Shown here: in pieces, positions 49,552 through 59,576 of the stretch
Layout: every line of letters starts with the position of its first letter
Numbering within the stretch: position 1 is the first letter of the stretch
DNA from: an uncultured bacterium
Lineage (GTDB): Bacteria; Chloroflexota; UBA5177; JANWHV01
Direction: 5' to 3'
DNA length: 64,000 bases
Assembly: GCA_963827235.1 (NCBI GenBank)
Contig: CAWHAE010000017.1
Coordinates: 32,001-96,000, forward strand
The notes under the pieces: generated by a model
What the model saw: only the letters and a program-made list of their open reading frames with translations
Databases searched by the model: none
Told to the model about the DNA's origin: nothing
Program-made: the position numbers and the translations under genes

Positions 49552-52334
49552 ATGACACCACAGACAGATGCGGCGAAAGCTCCCGACGCGAAGGCTCCCG
49601 ATGCCAAGACTGCCGATGCGAAGGACGGATCGACGCTCGATGCGAAGGCCGCCGATACGAAGGCGCCCGAAGCCAAACCCGCTGTGAAGGCACCCGATGC
49701 GCGGGGCGATCCGGCGGCCCAATCGAAGCCGGATGCCAAGGACGATCTCAAGTCCCTGCCCATGGCGGAGGTGGAGAAACGACTGCAGTCGTCGCCGGAC
49801 GGCCTCACGCAAGCCGAGGCGCAGAAACGGCTGACCCAGTATGGACCAAACGAGATCGAAGAAAAGAAAGTCAATCCGCTCCTGAAGTTCCTCGGCTATT
49901 TCTGGGGTCCCATTCCCTGGATGATCGAAGCGGCGGTGGTGCTCTCGGGCATCGTGCAGCACTGGCCGGACTTCTTCATCATCCTTGTGTTGCTGCTCGC
50001 CAACGCCGTGGTCGGATTCTGGGAGGAACGCCAGGCGGGCAGCGCCATCGCCGCCTTGAAGGCCCAGCTGGCGATCAAGGCCCGCGTGAAACGCGATGGA
50101 AAGTGGATCACCCCGGCGGCACGGGAGCTCGTACCGGGCGATGTCATCCGCATGCGCCTGGGCGACGTCGTGCCGGCGGATGCGCGCCTGCTGGCAGGCG
50201 ACCCGGTGCAGGTGGATCAGTCCGCGCTCACCGGAGAGTCGCTGCCCGTCACGGTCTCATCCGGCGGGGCCGTGTATTCCGGGCTCGATCATCCGTCAGG
50301 GGGAAATCGGCGCCCTGGTCTATGGCACGGGTGCGAACACCTACTTCGGCAAGACCGCGCGGCTGGTGCAGGAGGCGCACACCGTCAGCCACTTTCAACG
50401 CGCGGTGCTGAAGATCGGCAATTACCTGATCATCCTCGCGGTGAGTCCTGGTGGCGGTGATTATCGCCATCTCGCTCCTGCGTGGCGACGCGGTGCTGAC
50501 CACGCTGCAATTCGCCCTGGTGCTGACCGTGGCGGCGATTCCCGTGGCCATGCCGACGGTCTTGTCGGTGACGATGGCAGTCGGTGCGCGCTTGCTGGCC
50601 AAGAAGAAGGCGATAGTCAGCAAATTGGTGGCCATCGAGGAGTTGGCGGGCGTGGACGTGCTGTGCACGGACAAGACCGGCACCCTGACCCAGAACAAGC
50701 TGACGCTGGGCGACCCGTTCAGCGTGAACGATATCCCCGCCGCGCAGGTGATCCTCGCCGGCGCGCTGGCCTCGCGCGCGGACAACGACGACACCATCGA
50801 TCTGGCCGTGCTGGGTGGCGTGAAAGACGACCAGGCCTTGAAAGGGTATCAGGTCGTCCATTTCCAGCCCTTCGACGCGGTGCATAAACGCACGGAGGCC
50901 AGCGTCAAAGGGGCGGACGGCAAGGCGTTCAAGGTGACGAAGGGCGCGCCGCAGGTGATCCTGGCCCTGTCGGCCAATGCCGGGCAGGTGCAGCCTGCCG
51001 TCAAGCAGGCGGTCGACGAGTTCGCGGCGCGCGGCTTTCGTGCCCTGGGCGTGGCGCGGGCCGAAGGAGACGGCGACTGGCAGTTTCTTGGCGTGTTGCC
51101 ACTGTTCGATCCGCCGCGGGACGATGCCAAGTCCACCATCGCGACCGCCCGTCAGATGGGTGTGACGGTCAAGATGGTGACCGGCGATGCCCTGGCCATC
51201 GCCCAGGAGACCGCCAAGAAACTGGGCATGGGCACGAACATTCTCGACGCCGGCAGCCTGGGCGACGTCAAGAAGCAGGAGACCACGGCGGTGGCCGAGT
51301 CCATCGAGCAGGCCGACGGGTTCGCCCAGGTCTTCCCCGAACACAAGTATCACATCGTGGATGTCCTGCAGAAACAGGGCCACATCGTCGGCATGACGGG
51401 CGATGGCGTGAACGACGCCCCTGCGCTCAAGAAAGCCGACTGCGGTATCGCCGTGTCGGGCGCCACGGACGCGGCGCGTGCGGCTGCGGCCATCGTGCTG
51501 ACGACGCCCGGCCTGGCGGTGATCATCGACGCGATCAAGGAGAGCCGCAAGATCTTCCAGCGCATGAACAGCTACGCGATCTATCGCATCGCCGAGACGC
51601 TGCGTGTGCTGTTGTTCATGACCCTGGCGATCCTGGTCTTCAACTTTTTCCCCCTGACGGCCGTGATGATCGTGATGCTGGCCTTGCTCAACGACGGCGC
51701 CATCCTGTCCATTGCCTATGACAACGTGCACTACAAGGATCAGCCCGAGGCCTGGAACATGCGCCTGGTGCTGGGCATCGCCACGGTGCTGGGCGTCGTC
51801 GGCCCCATCGCCGCGTTTGGCCTGTTCTATCTCGGCGATCGCGTCTTTCACCTCGCCCATCCGCAGCTGCAGACGATGATGTATCTGCTGCTTTCCGTAG
51901 CCGGACATCTGACGATTTTCCTCACCCGCACCCGTGGCCCGTTCTGGTCCATCCGTCCCGCGCGGATTCTGTTGGTTGCCGTATGCGGCACGCAAACGCT
52001 GGCGACGCTGATGGCGGTGTATGGGCTGGGGATCATGACACCCCTCGGCTGGGAATGGGCCTTGGTCGTGTGGGGCTATGCGCTGGCATGGTTCCTGGTG
52101 AGCGACCGGGTGAAACTGCTCGCGTATCGTTTCTTTGATCCGGCCAAGATCAAGACACCGATCGAGCGCGACACCGCGGACTCGCCACGACACCGTCCGA
52201 TTTGGGGCCGCGGATCGCCAAGGGTGCCTATGCCCTGTATGAGCAGCACGGCCGCCACGACGGCCACGCAACGGAGGACTGGCTGCAGGCGGAGCAGAAG
52301 GTCACGAAAGCCGACGCCACAAAAGAGGCCGTAG
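49552..52334 (+). pseudogene. Plasma-membrane proton-efflux P-type ATPase (type IIIA) with a DUF2934-like tail; three single-base frameshifts (~50281, ~50444, ~52187)
   Basis: Own RBS AGGAGG at 49537. YGPNEI, FWGPIPWMIE, DQSALTGESLP, IPVAMP, DKTGT, KGAP, DPPR, TGDGVNDAPALK, LLNDG (proton-binding Asp). Tail RIAKGAYALYEQHG...DWLQAE lies in another frame. Confidence 0.93.
49571..49705 (+). repeat. Degenerate (D)AKAP pentapeptide low-complexity repeats at the ATPase N-terminus
   Basis: AKAPDAKAPDAKTADAKDG...DAKAADTKAPEAKPAVKAPDAR. Confidence 0.8.
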
Positions 52335-52368
52335 GGCGCCGCACGGCGGCAGGTCAGAAGAACGGACG

Positions 52369-52656
52369 ATGAAAATCAAATCAAAGAACTTCTGTGTAAA
52401 GCCCGGAGAAGCGGTCAAGCTCGAAGAGCGGCCGACCGGCGTGCAGCCCCTGTACGAGTCGAAAAAGCAGTATCAGACAGTCCTGGAAGAACACGCCGTG
52501 GAGTTGAGCGCGCTGCAACGCCTGCACTACGCGTCCAGCCGCTACGCGCTGCTGCTGATCTTGGAGGGGATGGACGCGGCCGGCAAGGACGGCGCCATCC
52601 GGCACGTCATGTCCGGAGTCAATCCACAAGACTGCCAGGTGTTGAGTTTCAAACAG
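52369..52656 (+). pseudogene. ppk2: Polyphosphate kinase 2 (class III-like) N-terminal fragment
   Basis: LLLILEGMDAAGKDGAIRHVMSGVNPQ.CQV.SFKQ, then similarity stops abruptly. Confidence 0.9.
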
Positions 52657-52935
52657 CTGAGGAGCTGGAGCATGATGCAGTTTCGCAGTGTTCAGCAGTT
52701 GCGGCTCCGGTGGGAGGAGGAGACCGGCGTGGATCCGTGTGCGCCGGGGCCGGTCTGCCTGCGGGGGCCGCGCGCAACTGTTGGGCATCCTGCGCGCTAC
52801 GCGTCCACTCCGCCTTGGGCGAGCTACGGCGTGGGCATACGGCAGGGTGCCGCGTCGTGCACGTCGAAGCCGCCGATACCGTCATTCCGTACATGTGACT
52901 TCATGGAGTAGTCCGAACAGCTGGAGGAAGTACCA

Positions 52936-53775
52936 GTGAGTGGTATGCGCGTTCGCCTCGGTCATATCTTCGACCCTGCCAGTGGCAGGGCGCTGATTGT
53001 TCCGCTCGATCATGGGCTGGTCCTAGGCGCGCTGGCGGGCCTGGAGAACCCACGGTCCTTGCTCGAAAGCTTGGAGCCCCTCGGAGTCGATGCTACCCTG
53101 CTTGGTCCGGGACTGGCGCAGCTACATGGCGATATCTTTGCCCGTCGATCGGCGCCGGCCCGCATACTGACCGTGGACATGCCGCTCCTCTCCAACGTGC
53201 CGGGTGAGTCCTCGGAGGTGCGTGCCTACGCCATGGTCGCTACGGTAGCCGACGCGCTACGTCTGGGAGTCGACGGTGTGAAGGCGATGCTGGTCTGGGG
53301 GATTGAGCCCGCGGTCGAGATGGAGAGTCTCAGGCTGATCGCTGCGCTGGCACGGGAGTGCGAGCTCAGTGGCATGCCCTTAATGATCGAACCAGTACTC
53401 TGGGGTAAGGCTATCGGCGACGCCAGACATGCCGACCCGCATCTCATCGCCAATGCCTGCCGGATCGCCGTGGAGCTCGGCGCCCACATCGTCAAGGCGC
53501 CCTACGTCGCAGACATCGACGCTCTCGCAATGCTGGTACGCAATACCCCGGTGCCCATCGTGATTCTCGGCGGCCCCCGCCTGGATGATGAACGGGAGGT
53601 TCTGCAGATCGCGGAGCGCGCTACTGCAGCCGGGGTGAACGGCATCGTATTCGGTCGCAATGTATTCCAGCGGCCGAATGCCGCACAGATGATCAAGGCG
53701 CTTCGCGCGATTATCCACGAGAACAAGTCCGCCGGTGACGCTGCCGGGATGCTGGGGTTATCGCCAGATGCATAG
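52936..53775 (+). CDS. DhnA/LsrF-family class I aldolase
   Basis: IVPLDHG, ALRLG.D, RIAVELGAHIVKAPY, ILGG, GIVFGRNVFQ. Confidence 0.9.
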   Translation: MSGMRVRLGHIFDPASGRALIVPLDHGLVLGALAGLENPRSLLESLEPLGVDATLLGPGLAQLHGDIFARRSAPARILTVDMPLLSNVPGESSEVRAYAMVATVADALRLGVDGVKAMLVWGIEPAVEMESLRLIAALARECELSGMPLMIEPVLWGKAIGDARHADPHLIANACRIAVELGAHIVKAPYVADIDALAMLVRNTPVPIVILGGPRLDDEREVLQIAERATAAGVNGIVFGRNVFQRPNAAQMIKALRAIIHENKSAGDAAGMLGLSPDA

Positions 53776-53868
53776 CAGGCCCACCGCAAGGCGGCCTAGG
53801 AAATTCGTCGCCATATTGGCCGAGAGCCGGCAGGGCGAACATGCAGTACTCCGAAGAGAGGCGAACAT

Positions 53869-54516
53869 ATGGACATTGACCTTGGCATGACCGTTTGCAC
53901 GAGCGACGGCCAGGATGTTGGCTCGATTGACCGATTCATCCTGGACCTGCATTCCAACCAGGTCAAGTCGGCAGTGATCCGCAAGGGCGTCTTACTGCCG
54001 CACGACATCGTGGTGCCGTGCGCCATGATGGAGAACATCTCCGGTGGCGCCGTACGCCTGTCCGCTACTGCCGCCGAGGTACACGGGTTGCCTGAATTCC
54101 TGCCTGGGGCGTACAGCGTGCCGCCTGCGGACTATCCTCTGCCGGCAGGCTACCCGGCCGACAGCGTGTACGTGCCCTTCGGCTTCAGCTTGGGCGGTCT
54201 TGGCGCGACACCAGTTAGTCCGACGCCCGACACTGCTGAAGCGCGGCGAGTACGCGCTGCATGGATCCGGCAGGACCTCGACAACGCGGTGGTTCAGGAA
54301 GGCAGCAGGGTCTTTAGCCGTGATGGGGATCACATCGGCGACGTCCGTCAACTGAGCTTCGATCAGCAAACCGGCGCGTTGACGCACATCGTCGTGCGCC
54401 GGGGTTTCTTCTTTGCCAAGGATACGGAGCTGCCGGCATCGATGATTGCCAGCGTGGGTGACGGCACCGTCACGCTCTCGGTGGGCTCCGCCGAGGCCAG
54501 CGGTGTCATGCCGTAG
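53869..54516 (+). CDS. Tandem PRC-barrel domain protein
   Basis: Two repeats: GMTVCTSDGQDVGSIDRFILD / GSRVFSRDGDHIGDVRQLSFD...HIVVRRGFF. Confidence 0.88.
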   Translation: MDIDLGMTVCTSDGQDVGSIDRFILDLHSNQVKSAVIRKGVLLPHDIVVPCAMMENISGGAVRLSATAAEVHGLPEFLPGAYSVPPADYPLPAGYPADSVYVPFGFSLGGLGATPVSPTPDTAEARRVRAAWIRQDLDNAVVQEGSRVFSRDGDHIGDVRQLSFDQQTGALTHIVVRRGFFFAKDTELPASMIASVGDGTVTLSVGSAEASGVMP

Positions 54517-54724
54517 CGTGCAGTCCGTCATCCGTCGCTTTCGCTGTGCTTGGAGATGGGTTGCTGGAACTCCAGGCCCTCTGGTGACGCAAGGCCATCC
54601 GTCGGCGAAGGGTCCAACTTTCACCCTTGCCGCCCGCCGTGGCACGCCTCGTCGAGCGTGCCGAGACCTTGACTGACCATCTGGATGACTGGTCAGGCTC
54701 TGTGCATGCGTGGGACACTGTCAG

Positions 54725-55115
54725 CTAGACAGTTGACTGATCGTCGTCGCGTAGTGCCTGCCGTAGCGCATCCTGGTGGCGGGTGATCGGATCGTCGTCC
54801 CGCTCCTCGACAGTCTCCAGGATCTTGTTTTCCAGCGCTCGGAGCGAGCGAAGCACGGTGATCATCAGCTCGTCCTGTGCTTCGAGGTGATGCAAGATGG
54901 CGCGGTTCTCTTCCTCTGAACGTTGGCCCACTACATAGGCGTTATGCGCGGCCAGCCGATCCTTCTCCGCTTGGCGGTTAGCGCTCATGAGCAGCACCGG
55001 AGCGGCATAGGCGGCCTGAAAGGACAGCACCAGGTTCAGTAGGATGAACGGGTACGGGTCGAAGGGCCTGAAGACGACTTCCGCGACGTTGACCGCGATC
55101 CAGGCCGCGAGCACG
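54725..55115 (-). pseudogene. DUF1003 membrane protein C-terminal fragment
   Basis: FDPYPFILLNLVLSFQAAYAAPVLLMSANRQAEKDR; the N-terminus is replaced by unrelated DNA. Confidence 0.88.
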
Positions 55116-55139
55116 CAACTGCGTGGGCGATCCGGCAGG

Positions 55140-56120
55140 CCACAGCCAATGGGAACGTCCTTGCCACGGTGACCGTGAACGTGGTGACGCTGTCGCCAAC
55201 CTTCGCACTCAGCGCGCCAAGCCTGATCCCTGGTCAAACGGTCACCGTCAAGGGCAAGGGCTATGCGGCTGGCGAGCAGGTCGTGCTGGCCTTGAACGGC
55301 GCCGCGCTGGCTACCTCCCCCTCCACGGTGCTTGCCGGCTCGACCAACGCCTTTAGCGCCAAGTTCGTGGTACCGGTGGCCATCAACAATGGCCTGAACA
55401 CGGTCACTGCCACCGGTGCCTCCAGCCACGCCGGCTACGCGCTCACCGTGCCAGGCAAGCTGCCCGGCGCCACCACCAGCTACTACTTCCCCAACGGCGA
55501 CACCACCAGTGGTAACCGCACGGTGATCTCCGTGCTGAACACGAGCAGTGCCGCCGCATCGCTGAAGCTCACCTTCTTGTACACTGGGGCACCGGAGCGT
55601 TCCGTACAGCAGTCGCTCCCTGCTCGGCGACAGGTGCTCATCGACCTGAATCTGGTCGCAGGTACCAGTCGGCACCTGGCTACCATCGTGCAGTCCAGTC
55701 AACGGATCGTGGCAGGCAGCACGATCTACTATGCAAAGGGGGACAGTGCGTCACCGATTGGCGCGTCGGCGCCGGCTACCAGCTGGTATCTGGCGGAATG
55801 CTATACCGGTGGTAGCTTCCATGAGTTCCTGGAAATCATGAACCCCAACGCGGCCAACGCCAACGTGGATGTGCGCTTTCTGCCCTTGAACGGCCGGCCG
55901 CCGCAGGAACACCGCTTCTCCCTGGCGCCACGCTCAACGATCTCCCTCGATACCAGCACCTACATGCCCATAGCCTCCTTCAATACCATTGTGACGTCCG
56001 ACAAGGGCGTGGTGGTGGAGCGCTCCATGCGTTTCGGCACCAACGGCCGTGGCGCTACGGCCGTCATGGGCGTGGCCGTAGCCCCAACCGTGTGGCTCTT
56101 CGCCCAGGGTGAGAGCGCGT
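55140..56120 (+). pseudogene. Internal fragment of a large secreted Ig-like/DUF5719-like protein
   Basis: Ig-like PGQTVTVKGKGY..GE.V and repeats YYFPNG.T / WYLAECYTGGSFHEFLEIMNPN / WLFAQG, VVERSMRF. No signal peptide or RBS; truncated at both ends. Confidence 0.65.
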
Positions 56121-56306
56121 CGAGGTTGGGGCATTCGGCGCTGACAAGACTATGGTCGCCAACGCCGAAGCAGGCCGCTTCTCCATAGGCCCTGAAGAGC
56201 GACTGGCCATTACCATCACCTCCGATCTCGACAGGTTGGTCGCCATAAACCAGCACGCGGTAACTGCTGTCGAGGTGGTGTGTGCCACCTTCCTCATCGC
56301 GCCGTG

Positions 56307-57017
56307 TCACTCCGGCGCAGGTACCGGTTCTATGCAGTACGAGAGGGTTTTGAGGCCTGCCAGCGTGTGGAGTTCGTCGAGAATCGGCAGCAGCTCGTGG
56401 TGCGCGCTGGGGCGAACGTGGAGCGTGAGCGTCGTCTCTTGCCGCTGCAAGTCGCTGGCGACCTGCAGCTGCAGCACGTCGGCCCCGCTGCGGCGCAAAC
56501 ACTCCTGGATGGCAAGCGGTTGCTCCGCTTGGTATGACAACAATGCCTCGATCAACAGGGGCTGCTGGGCGGGAAGCTTATCGACAGACAGGAAGCGGCG
56601 TTCGAACAGCTTGAGACCGCGCAAAATGCCTAAAGCCAGACCTGTAGTCACGATGGCGAGGGCATAGAGACCGCAACCGCAGGCCAAGCCGATGCCGGCG
56701 ACCAGCCAGACACTCGCGGCAGTCGTCAAGCCATGGACGGTGTCCTTATGGAGGATGATGGCGCCGGCGCCCAGAAACCCGATGCCGCTGACGACCTGGG
56801 CCGCGATACGTGAGGGGTCGAGCACGATGGTGTGCGTCGCGTTCACTACTGTGGTGAAGCCAAAGGAGGAGATCAGCATCATCAACGCGGCAGCCATGCA
56901 GACGAGCGTATGGGTGCGCATGCCGGCCGTTCGATACCGCTCCTCCCGCTCCAGGCCGATTCCGAGCCCCAGAACGGCGGCCAGCAGCAGGCGGAGCACC
57001 TCTTCTTGCGTCGTCAT
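56307..57017 (-). CDS. MgtC/SapB family protein
   Basis: IGLERE...AGMRTH.LV, DPSRIAAQVVSGIGFLGAG.I, GLTTAASVW, ACT-like C-terminus. Confidence 0.95.
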   Translation of the reverse strand: MTTQEEVLRLLLAAVLGLGIGLEREERYRTAGMRTHTLVCMAAALMMLISSFGFTTVVNATHTIVLDPSRIAAQVVSGIGFLGAGAIILHKDTVHGLTTAASVWLVAGIGLACGCGLYALAIVTTGLALGILRGLKLFERRFLSVDKLPAQQPLLIEALLSYQAEQPLAIQECLRRSGADVLQLQVASDLQRQETTLTLHVRPSAHHELLPILDELHTLAGLKTLSYCIEPVPAPE

Positions 57018-57239
57018 GCGTGCGTCGTTCCCGATGCCTTAAATGTTCAGCTTGGTCGCGGCGCCACAGCTGTACGGATCCAGGATAGCGCGCACCGGGC
57101 AGGCGCGCCGCGGCCGGCGTTCTTGCCCTTCCCGCATCGATGCTCCCCTGAGCAGCAGCATGGCGCTAGCGTCGGATCCGTCTGCTGATGCGGGCACGCC
57201 CGCCCAAGGTGCACATTATGGTTATGATCCTCATATATA

Positions 57240-57384
57240 TTCCCTGCGCGGTGATCACCAGGCTGTGGGCAACGCTCGTCGCATTGACCTCGTTGACCGC
57301 AACGCTCCAGTTCTGGGGCACGGTAATGGTCATCTTGCCGTCTGACGCGCCGTTAAAGGCCCCGCTGCTCGTCGTGATCGTCAT
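57240..57384 (-). pseudogene. Sulfocyanin-like cupredoxin fragment
   Basis: FNGASDGKMTITVPQNWSVAVNEVNATSVAHSLVI resembles sulfocyanin FNG...G.M.I.VP.GW.V....N....H. The C-terminal Cys/His/Met ligands are absent. Confidence 0.6.
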
Positions 57385-57677
57385 TGCGACTTCCCGTCTG
57401 GCCGCGACTGCTTGTGTGACTGCAGACGTACCCAGGGCGTCTGGCAGCACGGCAACATGTACGGGTCGGTCGCGGATGAGACCGCAGAACTGGATGAGCG
57501 ACACAGGGACTGCCTCGCTGACACGCAGACGGTGGCCTGCAGTAGCCTGACGTGCGACCGCGTCCCACACGGCGTTCTGTAAACCCCCCGCCAAGCGATA
57601 TCAAGAGCTTATTCATAGAATACGACAGTATTATAGCCCTATCTCTGTGCCATATATAGATGGTATTTCGTCTATAT

Positions 57678-57706
57678 TTGACAATAGGTGCCAAGACGCC
57701 GATACT
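57678..57706 (+). promoter_or_regulatory. Candidate sigma70 promoter TTGACA-N17-GATACT
   Basis: Perfect -35, 17-bp spacer and AT-rich upstream region; precedes the BON and SPFH genes. Confidence 0.6.
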
Positions 57707-57842
57707 TTGAAGGAATCCCCCAGCCCGACATTTCAGAGGCGGACTGGCACTGCGGTGACATTGCAGGCGCACCGTACAGCGCCACTCCATCAGTGCCGTT
57801 CGCCGGCGATGCTCCGGGCAACCGTAAGTGAGGAAGCAGACG

Positions 57843-58166
57843 ATGGCCATCAGCAACAGCAGCAGCGAGTGGGAAGCGGACGAATCGGTAAGCCAGGTCA
57901 TCGAGCGCGAGATCCAGACCAGGATGCACCAGCACACTCCCCCGATCGAGGTGTCTGCCCAGGGCTCGACTGTGACCCTCACGGGTCATGTAGCCAATCA
58001 GGCCACCAAAGAGGCGCTCATCGACTTGGCTCGCTCCACGCCCGGCGTCATGAACGTCACCGATAACCTGGAATTCGGCGGCGGCCATCCCTTCCTGGAT
58101 TGGATCTTCCCTGGAAGCGATCCGAATCGAGATCTTGGCGACGTGGATAGAGGCGAACGACGCTGA
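57843..58166 (+). CDS. BON domain protein
   Basis: IEVSAQGSTVTLTGHV......A...ARSTPGVMNVTDNL. Confidence 0.88.
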   Translation: MAISNSSSEWEADESVSQVIEREIQTRMHQHTPPIEVSAQGSTVTLTGHVANQATKEALIDLARSTPGVMNVTDNLEFGGGHPFLDWIFPGSDPNRDLGDVDRGERR

Positions 58167-58483
58167 ATGATGCCAAGCAGCGGTTGCGGCATGTCGCGCG
58201 GGAGAATGCCCGACCGTCTACCGCAGAACACCGTGGGCAGGCCGTCTGCCACAACTGTCTGCCATGCCGGGTGCTCGTCCATCGCTTTCGACTCGTACCC
58301 AGCACAGGAGGAGAAATCAAGCAATGCGGACGCAGGAGGATACAACTGGTTCGCCGTTCCGGACCTGGTCCGGTCGCACGCCGGCTCCAGCGAAGGGCAG
58401 ACATCCCGCCACGATCGTGGAGTGCAGTGTAGTGCGCGCGCTCGGCAATTGCGACCGAGCCCGGCGCCAAGGAGAGAAGCGCG

Positions 58484-59425
58484 ATGAGCGCAGCAGTCAT
58501 TGTCGTTGCCGTAGTGGTTTTGCTGGTGGTGCTGGCGGCGTCCAACGCCATACGGATCGCCCAGGAGTATGAACGAGGGGTCGTGTTCCGGCTCGGCCGC
58601 CTGATGGACCTCAAGGGACCCGGTCTCTTCTTCAAGATTCCTGGTATCGACCGCGTGCGCATGGTGGATCTGCGCGTGATCACGCTGGAGGTCCCGCCGC
58701 AAGAGGTGATCACCTCCGACAACGTGACCGTCAAGGTGAATGCCGTGATCTTCTTTCAGGTCGTGGACGCACAGGCCGCGATCGTGCGTGTCTACGACTT
58801 CGCCGAAGCGACGTCACAGATCGCACAGACCACCCTGCGCGCGGTGCTCGGACAGTCGAGCCTGGACGAATTGCTCGGCAGCCGAGACAAGATCAATGCG
58901 AAGTTGCAGACCATCATCGATCACCAAACGGAGCCTTGGGGCATCAAAGTAGGCACGGTGGAGCTCAAGGACGCCCAGCTGGACGAATCCATGGTGCGCG
59001 CGCTGGCCAGACAGGCCGAGGCAGAGCGGGAGAAGCGGGCCAAGATCATCGCCACAGACGGCGAGTTTCAGGCTGCCCAGGTGCTTGCCGACGCCGCCGC
59101 GATCATCTCCACCCAGCCGGCCGCCCTGGCCTTGCGCTACATGCAGACATTGCTCGACATGGGCTCGAACCAAAACTCGACTATCGTATTCCCTATACCG
59201 ATCGAGCTGATTAAGCCGCTGCTGGCGGCTCCCGTCACCCCTGCCCTCGAACCCTGTGGCCGCCGTCAATGGTGCGAGTCCGGTCCCGGTCAACGGTTAG
59301 ACTGCGAGCACAAGTGGGAACGGGACACCTTGGCGGTACTCCACGTGGCATGTGTGAGGGGTTGGCGCGCGTGCGTGCCGTGTTGCGACGAACGGATGGA
59401 CCACGGCCGGCAGAACCACCGGTGA
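58484..59425 (+). CDS. SPFH/slipin (stomatin-like) protein; aberrant C-terminal extension after ~59240
   Basis: EYERGVVFRLGR, DLRV..LEVPPQEVITSDNV, AQTTLR, QAEAEREKRAKII, LRYMQTL. Confidence 0.94.
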   Translation: MSAAVIVVAVVVLLVVLAASNAIRIAQEYERGVVFRLGRLMDLKGPGLFFKIPGIDRVRMVDLRVITLEVPPQEVITSDNVTVKVNAVIFFQVVDAQAAIVRVYDFAEATSQIAQTTLRAVLGQSSLDELLGSRDKINAKLQTIIDHQTEPWGIKVGTVELKDAQLDESMVRALARQAEAEREKRAKIIATDGEFQAAQVLADAAAIISTQPAALALRYMQTLLDMGSNQNSTIVFPIPIELIKPLLAAPVTPALEPCGRRQWCESGPGQRLDCEHKWERDTLAVLHVACVRGWRACVPCCDERMDHGRQNHR

Positions 59426-59443
59426 TCCAGCTTGGGCCGCTGC
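59361..59443. repeat. Exact inverted copy of 40454-40536 (response-regulator internal segment)
   Basis: Encodes LARVRAVLRRTDGPRPAEPPVIQLGPL, identical at the DNA level. Confidence 0.95.
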
Positions 59444-59576
59444 CATCTTTCAAGTCGTCACCGTACGAGCAGCGGCCTTCGCCGGCGGCGAATACAGCGG
59501 AGAGGTAGGCGAGACCACGCTGTTCTACTCCACGTTGCGCGCTGGAACGGAAGAGATCCGGGTACCGAACAGCTCG

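Noticed and set aside
48313-50460. 715-aa ORF suggesting a GH130-P-type ATPase fusion
   Set aside because: The linker looks non-coding and the ATPase has its own AGGAGG and ATG at 49552. A lost stop codon or indel is more likely than a real fusion.
54725-55702. 325-aa minus-strand ORF as a full gene
   Set aside because: Only the last ~130 aa are DUF1003-like; the rest is antisense to the plus-strand surface-protein fragment.
57020-57600. Possible M-box (ykoK) riboswitch upstream of MgtC
   Set aside because: Only a short AGACGCCCTGGGT resemblance; other conserved elements were not found, and part of the region is a cupredoxin remnant. An Infernal search with RF00380 would settle it.
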